This document shows, piece after piece, positions 25,868 through 25,982 of a stretch of 25,982 nucleotides of DNA. A program made the position numbers and the translations under genes. The stretch comes from a virus (taxonomy: Duplodnaviria; Caudoviricetes): positions 1-25,982 of the IMG/VR virus record IMGVR_UViG_3300032218_000638, one strand, 5' to 3'. The notes under the pieces are model-generated. The model saw nothing but the letters and a program-made list of their open reading frames with translations. It did not search any database and had not been told where the DNA came from. The first letter of the stretch is position 1; every line of letters starts with the position of its first letter.

Positions 25868-25982
25868 TATAGATTTACATACTCAAATCTTTGATATGGT
25901 TTATTATGGTAATGGATTTACAATGATGGAACTTTATCAAATGCCAACTCGTCTTAGAATGTTTTACTACAATAAGTTAGTA
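25842..25982 (+). CDS. Overlapping +1-frame ORF (gp51/gpT-like chaperone extension), 3'-truncated and absent from the ORF track
   Basis: Frame 3 is open from 25779 to the window end: FFGLSRNHSIDLHTQIFDMVYYGNGFTMMELYQMPTRLRMFYYNKLV. The F/W-x-x-x-E-x-x-x-MP-x-x-x-R pattern is typical of tail chaperone extensions. Start uncertain (frameshift, or ATG 25794/25800/25896). Confidence 0.7.

Noticed and set aside
1-25982. Alternative genetic code (stop reassignment)
   Set aside because: TAA terminates almost all genes, and long ORFs are intact under the standard code with only one internal stop.

Overview
This is an AT-rich, all + strand virion morphogenesis cluster of a large contractile-tailed phage, distantly T4-like. 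A Bacteroidota host is inferred from A-rich start regions that lack Shine-Dalgarno motifs. Gene order: a 5'-truncated giant fibre gene (frame open 1..11124, >3700 codons, broken by one in-frame TAA at 9346), a PKD/LRR adhesin-like gene, a fibre chaperone, two small structural genes, a second giant fibre (2651 aa) ending in an S74 autocleaving chaperone, two small genes, tail sheath, tail tube, and a gp26-like hub/tail-assembly chaperone. Highlights: (1) a shared capped (Gly-Thr-Ser)n module of ~1130 and ~555 residues in the two fibres; (2) a single TCA->TAA stop inside the first GTS tract; (3) a candidate +1 (or -2) programmed frameshift at TTT-TTT-TGG at the end of the chaperone gene; (4) an intact and a degenerate cupredoxin-like domain inserted in fibre 1; (5) no GATC found in 26 kb; (6) a TATTTAT(A) motif, the reverse complement of the T4 late promoter, upstream of five genes. 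Family names come from motif recognition by eye, not database searches.
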